Source: a virus. From it: DNA of 64,000 nucleotides. The DNA lies in IMG/VR virus record IMGVR_UViG_3300009158_000001, positions 64,001 to 128,000 of that record. One strand, written 5' to 3'. Both the position numbers and the translations under genes were made by a program. Below, piece after piece: positions 51,269 to 60,200 of the stretch (the first letter of the stretch is position 1; the number at the start of each line of letters is the position of its first letter). The notes beneath the pieces are model-generated. The model had not been told where the DNA came from. It was given only the letters and a program-made list of their open reading frames with translations, and made no database searches.

Positions 51269-54200
51269 ATGACTATTGCCCTTATCGTCCTCGCCATCTT
51301 CGTCTGCATTGTCATCCTTTCCAACACGGTGAGCTATCTCATGACCGCCAACAAGACCGCGCCCATCACCCCCGCCGAGGTTCGTATGAACAACAACAAC
51401 CACCCCCTCATCGTCCTGGCCATCGTCACCCTGGTTGTCATTGGTGGCCTTGTCACCTTCGGCATCGGCAAGACTGCTGGCCTGTGGGCTCAGCCCTCCT
51501 TCGAGGATCTCGTTGACCCCTACGCTGTCGCTGAGTATGAGCAGGTTGCCCTGCGCATTACCAGCTTCCCCCACCCTGGTGTTGGCCAGTACTCGCCTGA
51601 TGAGGGTACCAATTGCACGGGCTGGGCCTGGAAGGGCCACATGTACGGCATTACCCATTGTGATGTCGACACATACATCATTGGCAAGGAGACGGGTGAG
51701 ACCCCTGATCCAGTGGTCCGTATCAACACGGATCACGTTGTCAGTGTCCCTGTATTGGGCAATGACCTCTACACCGTTGGCATGGAATGCAGCCCTGACC
51801 TTCGCTGGTGGGGTGCTACCACTGGTGAGTGGCGTAACCTCGATTGGAGCGACATCGACGTTGAGACATTCAGCCCTAACAACCGCGCTGCTAGCCTCAT
51901 GCTTGAGCGCTGGCATGGTAGCGTAAACCGAGCACAGGACGCACTGGCTCAGCAGAACGAGTACAGCGCTAGCCTGTACACCAACACCGCCCTGTTCCAG
52001 CAGGGTGAGTGGGAGATCCTTAGCAAGGGTCAGCGCTACTGCTACGACAGCCAGGATGATGTGGTTGGCCATGGTGGCTGGTTCCGTAGTGGCGATAGCG
52101 GTGGTGTCCTTCTCGCAGGGGATGAGCCCATCGGCGCTGTTAGCTACAGCAACGGGTCTGAGACCCGCAACTGCTTCAGCGCAATTGCGTTGTCGCAGGA
52201 GAAGTCCTACCAGGACTTTGAGTTCCGGGAACTCTCTTCGACCACCATGGACCTGACTGGGAAGTTCAAGACCGCTGCTTCCCACTCGGGTATGCAGGGG
52301 CGGATTTTCCGTAGCCTCAACACCGAAACCACCAACGCCCATCAGGGCAAGGAGAATTTCATGCCTTACCTCATCCTCGCCATCCTCGGCCTCATCCTCG
52401 CTGCCGCCACCACGACCATCAAGGTCAAGGAGTTTCTCATGTCCAACCTTCGCACCATCGTCATTGGTTTCCTGATTGTCCTGGGCCTTGTGGTCCCGAT
52501 CGTTCTGGCGTGGAACCACGCCCTCACGGTTTGTCCTGTCACGGACGCATGGTTCAGTGTCAACTTTATGAACGGTGCCCTGGTTAGCATCGTCGTTGAA
52601 ATGGCTGCAATTGCGGCTGTTCTCGCCATGGCAACGCTTATCTCTGAGATGAGCTGCCCAAAGTGGATGGTTAAGCCTATCCTCGCCATCACCCCCAACC
52701 TTGCCACCATCACGGCCAATAAGGCCAAGGAGTCTGTCATGCCTATTCGCCTGTACATTGCAATCATCCTCACAATCGCCATCTTCGTCCCCATGGCGCT
52801 TATCGCCACCTTCCGAGAGGCCTTCGTGTGTATCTTGGGCCTTGGCCCCCTTGCATTCACGGCTATTGACCTCATTCTGCATGTGGAGTACCACTACCAT
52901 GTGCGTGAGCTTTCTATCGTGACCAAGAAGCTCATCGCCCACCAGAAGCTGCACAAGCTGCTCTTTGGCGGTATGGCTCTTCTCGCCATGGTTCTTGGTG
53001 GGTGCGGCGATACCATCCAGCAGGCTCCTGCTGGTATGGGCGAAATCGTCGCCGCTCACAACGGCGAATGCAGCGCCTTCCACTGGCAGGGCCAGATCAG
53101 GACGGCGGCTCACTGCACCTATGCCAGCACCGATTGGCGGGACAACGCAACAGCCGTTCTTCACCAGCAGCAAGGAAAGCATGCTATCCCAGAAGACTTG
53201 GCAGATATCGGCCAAGAGTGTAGCCCCGACCTGCGTTGGTGGGGTGCCACCACTGGTCGGACTCTGCCTGTGGAGGACGTCAAATTCTACGCTGTAAAGC
53301 GTGGGCAAAACGTCTGGGACCTTGGCGAACAAGTTCCTCCATGGACTCCTGGAGCACAGGCCTGCTTCACCCAGACCCTGCACAACCGCTTCTCCGACGG
53401 AGATAGCGGAGGACCCCTTCTCGCCGGTGATGAGCCGGTGGGCAGCGTCTCCTGGAGCAGCAACCTGCCTTGGGGCATGGCCTGCTTCGGCCGACTGGAA
53501 AAACAACCAATGTGGGGAAATCTCTCCACGTCTTCCCCGCAAGGGGGTAAGGGCTTCCGCATGAAGTCCATCGAAATGACTGACAGCCTCGCTGTCACTT
53601 TGACCCAGGTCTTCACGGACCTTGCCATTGCAGGAGCAATCCTGGCGCTGGCCTTCCTTCTGGCCCGAGTCCGGGCCAAGTTCCGCACGCACGACGAAAC
53701 CAACGCCGGCAATTCTGCTGGCCTCATTGGGGCTAAGAACCCCAGTAAGGGACACATGTCCCCCATTTTGGCCTTCGTGGCCCGCCTGACGAGCGTAATC
53801 GTCATCCTCCTCCTTGGTGTCTGCCTGCTGGCAGCACCCGGCGTGACCCCGCTGGTCTCTTCGAACAACAGCCCGACCATCGAGACGGGCATCGACCCTG
53901 AGGCCATTGCCAAGATTGTCCAGCGCTTGAAGAAGCGCCTGGCGTACGGCATGCGGATGGCCAAGAAGAAGCGGTGGACCGTGCGTCGCTTGAACCGCTG
54001 GCTCGTTGCAAACGGTTACAAGGCCAAGGCCAAGAAGGCCAAGAAGGCGGTCGCAAAGGCCGTTGTCAAGTTTGACCGTGCGGGTATGACCCGCCGTCAG
54101 CGTCGCGCAAAGGCCCATAAGGCCAAGGTTGCAGCAACGAAGGCAGAAACCAAGGCTCGTGGCGTTAAGCGCCGCGCAGAAGCCAAGGCAACGAACGACG

Positions 54201-57200
54201 CAATCGCCAAGCTGGAGGCTGCGATTGCCTTCCTCGGGCTCATTGCCCGCGTGGCCCGTCACCAACGGCGCATGGAAGTGTCGGCTGCGCGGTCGAAGCG
54301 CAAGGTGGCTCGCAAGGCCACTGCTAAGCCCGCCGCCAAGAAGATCATTGTCAGGGCCGAGGGTGCAGGTCGTCCCACCTTCCACCCCCGCCGCAGCAAA
54401 GTCCAGGGATACAACCCTGCCGCACAAAGCCGACAGGAGATCATCACCTCACGCGAAAAGCGGGAAGAGCGTCGCCTTGCACGCGAGGCTCGGCACCTCA
54501 CGCTCCTTAATAGGGCATATGCTGCCCTCCTCAACATGGTCGTTGAGGGAACGGCATTCAAAGCAGGCTGGACCCTTCGAGGTGCATGCATGCTGCTGGC
54601 GGACAACATGGCTTGGGTTGCCGCCCAGGCCGAGATCCAAACGTTCGATCAAGATGACGACGTGGCCTGGCAGTATGAGGCAGCCGTCCGCAACATCCCC
54701 TTCGAGATTAAGCGGGAGGTTGAGAACGCAGAGGTCGACGCAGCATGGGCGCTCATCGAGGCCAACGACAAGAAAGTCCTTGCCGAGATCAAGCAAGCGA
54801 ACGCTAAGGCGCGGGCCAAGAGGAAGGCAGAGCGTGAAGAGCGCATTGCCACTCACAGGGCGAAGGTCGACGCAGAGCGGGCCGAACGTGAAGCCGCCAA
54901 GGCCGTAAAGGCCGAAGAGCGCAGGAAGCGGGAAATGGCAAAGGCGGAGCGCCTGGTTGAAGCCCTCAAGGCCCGTGAGGCCAAGAAGGGCAAGACCACC
55001 AAGGTGGATGTTACTCCTGTGTCTCCCGTGGCTAAGCTGCGGGAAGTCCAGGCAAACAGCCCCGTTCTCGCCGTTGTCGCAGGTCTTGGGCTTGCGACTG
55101 GCATGGTGGCCGTTGCCGTCATTGCCCTTGCTGCAATTGCCTTCTTCGCTATTCGCAAGAATCGTGCCGAAGACTGCAAAGAAGAAACGGTCGACGCAGA
55201 TTGGGGCGATCTGCTTGAAGCTCCTGCTGAGCCACAGCCCCAGTCCCTGTTGCTGCGTCTGACAGAGCTCTTGGGCCAAGAGTCTCCTGCGCGGGAGGTT
55301 GTTGCATATGAACCTGCTCCTGCACCAGTTACTGTACCTGCCGAGCCAGAGCCGCAATCTCTTCTTGGGCGTCTTATTGAGCTTCTGCCTGAGGCTGAGG
55401 CGCGTGCTACTGAGCCTGCCACCTGCGCTTGCGGAATACCGCAGGAAGAAGGCTACGTCTGCGATACCTGCGTACTCAATGAGTATGCTGCTGGTATGGC
55501 AAATGCCCTCGAAAATGCGGTCGAAGAGTTTCCCTTCACCGATCCTGGTGACTGGGATGGCGGGGCAATCGATGACGTGTATGCGGCTCAGCTCATGGCG
55601 GCTGACCGTGAAGCCGCGCAACGCGATGCGGCAGACTTGGAAGAGCACCTGCAGGTTCTTGCGGCAGAAGCTGCTCTTGCAGACCTCGACCAGGAAGCAG
55701 AACAGGACATTGATCCGCTAGATCTTCTAGTGGAGAAGGCCAAGGAGGAAGAGATGGAAGAGGAAAAGACCCCTGAGCAGGTCTGGGCAGAAATCTGCAA
55801 TGAGCTGACGGTATCCCCTAGGAACTACTCGGCTAATGCTGCAATGAACATCTTGATTGAGATGTATCAGCGCAAGATTGACCTGTTCCGTTTCCGCCAT
55901 TTCGGCACTACTCGTACGTTCACCCGCAAAGACAAAGACGGGGATAGGCGTACCAGTAAGACAAAGACTCTGCGCAAGGACGTTATTGTCCGGTTTGCCA
56001 GCATCCTGCGTCAGGACAAGGAGATGGCAACGTGGTTTGCGGAAGCAAGTCACGATCCCTCTTGGGAGCAGTTCTGGGTTGGCATCGAGTCCCTTATGAA
56101 GGACAAGAAGCAGGCTTGGACTGCCCAGGATTGGCGTATCCTTCGAGCCAGGTACGAAGCGGCTGTCTTGGTCGTTAACGACCTCTGCATCGAGTTCCTC
56201 GGTCAGTCGAAGAGCAAGCCAAAGTTCATGGCAAGTGAAGTCTCTTGTCTTGTAACCAAAGACACCTTCCGCTACCGTGCAGTTGGTGCGCAGGAAGCGA
56301 TGGAAGCCTGCAAGCGCATTAACGCAAAGCACAAAGGTGGCTTCTGTGTGGCTCGTGGTGTCTACCAAGAGCAAATGCTTAGCGGCTCTCACCTGCCCTG
56401 GGTTGTTGATAAGGCTGACGGGGAAGGCAACTGGCTGGAGTTTGGCTTTGTTCTCACCACCAGCGCTGGTGTTGCAGACTGGGGCTTTGGCCGTGAAAAC
56501 CGCAACAATAGCAGTGTTGAGCTGAAGACTGCCACAGAAATGCTTGGTGGAATTGTCCAGCTTGATCAGTACAAGCCAGAACGTGCGTACATCGAGATGT
56601 TCCACAAGAACTGGACCTTGATGAAGAAGCCCAGCCTTAACGACTGGAAGACTTTCATTAAGACAGCCTTTGCCAATGGCAACATGTTATTCATTAACCC
56701 AACGACAATGGATACCAGGCATGTCGCCAAGAACGGCACCAGTTACAGTAAGTCTGTAACTGACAATGGCACAACAGCCAGCACGGTCCATACTTTCTTC
56801 AACGATGGTAGCGTGACCACGGTAATGACGCGCAAGACTCTTGATGCAAATTCGAAAGGCTTTGCTCACAAGTTCAGCAGTGCGCGGACGACTATCAGGA
56901 AGTTCTTCTTGAAACACTCTGGTATTCGTGATCTCAAGGTTCTTCCTTGGGAAGTTGTCGAAAGCCGAGATGAGCTGGCAACAAAGTTTGGCAATGAGTC
57001 GTATGACCAATACCAGGCATGCCGTAAAGCAATCTCTGCTGATCGCAATCATCGGCTAGACGTTGTAGTTCTTAGCCGCGTGAACAATGCACGGTTTGAG
57101 GCTTGGGCTACTGAGTATGTGCAGAATAAGCAATCATCGGTTGTTTATCACATCAAGACTCGGCAGCCTTTGACGCTCAGCCAGCTCAACAAGCAGAATA

Positions 57201-60200
57201 AGGCCCTTGCAAAGCTGCAGGGTAATTACTTCTTGGCTCAAACTGAGTTGGAAACTAGCCGCGCTGGTATTGCAGCCATTAGGCATACGATTGAGACGAG
57301 TGCTTATACGTCTCAAGAACTGTCTTCTGATTTGATTGAGGCCTTCAAAGAAGGTTACCAATGGATGAAGACTCCTGGTGGCTATCAGTTGGTTAGCGCA
57401 AGAAAAGCTGCAGCAAACCCAGAGAAGATTCTCAAGGGCGAAGCTCTTGCTGCTGTGCTGGATGCGTGGATCAAGACTGCCATTGACGTTCAGGCAGACT
57501 CTCTTCGCGCAGAGGGTGCGAAGATTGTGCGCAGGTACGAAGAAGCACTTCAGCTTCTGCTTCCTGGGTACAGCTGCAAGGTCAATGGTGAGGATTGTCT
57601 CATGGCTGCATACAATAAAGCAGAACATGCGAAAAAGACAGACCCCAGCAATCCTGAGATTGCCTTGCTTCTTGCAGCGTACTATGCGGAGTACGAGAAA
57701 GAGCAAGCGGAGTACGAGAATGAGCAAGCGAAAATCCAAGCGCGTTACGAGAAAACCCATAAGGAATGTCAGGAGTATGAGCAGCGCGTTAAGGAGCAGG
57801 AAGGATGGGATGAAATCCCGTTCTGTAAAGCAGGTGCCGTTCTTTCGGCATTGGCTCTTGCAGCTGGGCTTCCTGCCTTCGTGGTAGTGTTGCCGCTTGC
57901 ACTGACGGCACTGGCTGCTTTCATGAAGATGGAAAACTCTGACGTTGAAGGTGAGGAGATCCTCGCTGACAATGCAGAGTTCTGCCTGTACAGTACACCA
58001 ATTGTCCGTCACACAACAGGCAAGTGGACTGCAGTCAAAGACAACAACACTGGGGAATCCGCCCCAGTCGAAGCTGGCGAAAGCCAGAAGGAGAAGCCCA
58101 TGAGCTTCCTTGACAAGATGAACCAGACCATCCGAAATGTCTGGAACGAGCTCACCGGCCGTGAGAGAATTGGTACTGACGTGAAGACCAAGGCACCTGC
58201 CACGTACGGCTCTATCCTTGCTGCCAGCAAGGTTGAGCACACGGCACTTACCCGTATCTGCGGTGGTAAGATCCGTGAGATGCAAGTCACCGAACTCAGC
58301 AGTGAAGAGCTGCGTGAGATCAAAGACTTCATCCGCCGTGATGGTGACACCTGGATCATTGTCCGCGACTCTCAGAAGTTCCACTTCCCGAACTGGGCAA
58401 TGGAGAAGCTGGTGTCTGAGATTGTGATTGCAGGTCACGCTGTCGACAAGAAGGTCAGCCAGCAGGAAGTGAATAAGTATTTCGGCAGCTTGCTTTGGGC
58501 TCCTGCTGAGATTGTTTCCTTCCAGGCTAGCGAAGCCAAGGTCATGAGTGATGGGCTTGCCGCCATGTACGACGGTACCAACCTGATGAGCGATGAGCTT
58601 GCATCGACTATCGACTGGGTTGGCTATGCAATTCGTCGACTGCTTACGGTACTCGGCTTGTTCAAGGGTATGTTCATTATCCTTCCTGCTGGGTACTTCC
58701 CGTCTGGGGTCAAGCTATTCGGCAGTGAGGTGAAGAAGCACCTTCGTCTGCGTCGGGATAGCGGTCGTGCACTTGCACTGCAGCCTCAGGCTAACGGTCA
58801 CAGTGATGTGGCTAGGACTCTAGGCATGCAGCTTTGGTCCATGCTGTTGGGCCCCTGGATTGCTAGTGTTGGTTTTGCCAATCTAGCGAAGGGAGCGTAC
58901 GGCTATGCAATGTCGAACCTGAACAAGGCTAATGAGCGTCTTCTTGCTCCTGCAGAGGAAGAAGAAGAAGGCCGCGATGCCTTGATGGCTGAGGCTAGCC
59001 GCCTGCACGGGTTCAATCCAATTGCTGTATTCAGGTCTTTTGCGACCAGCATGGCAAACGGGCTCACGAAGTCCTTCAATCCCAACAAGGTGAACATTGC
59101 ACCTGTTGACGAGAAGGGCAGAAGCCTTGTGCCAAACGGCTATCCGATGATGCTGCCTTGGCTTGCGCTGGCAGAGCTGTGGCTCAAGGTCACGGGCAAA
59201 GTGCCAGAAGAGCTTGCTAAGAAGGTTGAAGATACCGAAAAGCTTCGTCTGCGGCTCTTTAAGCTTGCGAACGGCGCAATTCCAGTGCTTGTGCACAACA
59301 TGCACCGCCTTGATGCGGCTAAGGTTGCAGGCATTCGTCGCATGGCTATTGCTGCTATTGCGACTCGCATCCCGACTGGCAAGACCAGCGGTATCGAGGT
59401 TATGCTCTTCGACGCAGAAGAGTATGGGGCAGATCTACTGCCTGAGATCGTTGGCCGTAAGAAGAACGACATTGAGTTCTGGCTCTTCCCTTGCGAGGAG
59501 ACCACGGCCTTCAAGGTTGCTTCTGAGGGCGGCGACGACGACGACCTGTACGAGTTCCTCCTGGGAATTCTGCACAAGCTGGCTCGCCTTGGCCTTGAGT
59601 GGCGGGCAAAGATCCTCGATGTGAGTGCCGATACGCAAAAGGCCATGGACGAAATCAAAGTTCGCTTTGCTCGTCAGGTGGCAGCATTCAAAGAAGACCG
59701 TAAGCTTCTTGCAAAGCTGATGGAGATGCCTTATGCAAAAGTCTTCACGGCAAATGGCAAGGTCAGGGCAGGCTGGCCGTCTCTCTTGGGTGTTACCATG
59801 GCACCAGGTGGATGGCAGATCCGTCACACGGAAGCTGTTGAAGATATCATCGTGATGACCGAGGAGTCCCGTGAAGATATCGCCACCCAGGCTCGCCTCT
59901 TTGCTGAGGTAATGACAGCAAACAACGACAGCCCGTTCACCAGCGCCATTGGCACTGTTGCGCAGAGCCACAAGTTTGCCACTGGCATCTTGACTGGAAA
60001 CGTTGTGCTGACGAACAGTATCGGTGCTCTGGATAAGATCTGGGCACTCTTTGTTCTTGCTACCATTCTGCTGTCGGATATGGTAGACGCTTGCAACAAG
60101 GGCAAGAAGTACGCAGAGGCTGGTGCTGCACTCATGTACCTTAACTGGGCATGGGGCTGGCTGTGCTATCGTATTGCTAGCAATCCAGATGCTAAGGTTA

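Noticed and set aside
51269-52440. C-to-U editing creating the missing stop codons in the giant ORF
   Set aside because: A CGA does follow protease 2, but modules 51269-51385 and 52361-52438 contain no in-frame CAA, CAG or CGA, so editing cannot be the general explanation.
51143-54427. 1094-aa antisense ORF, plus other long antisense ORFs at 54449-55648, 55727-56605, 57134-58438 and 60218-62626
   Set aside because: They mirror the polyprotein frame and are explained by its avoidance of TTA/CTA/TCA codons; the translations have no recognisable motifs.
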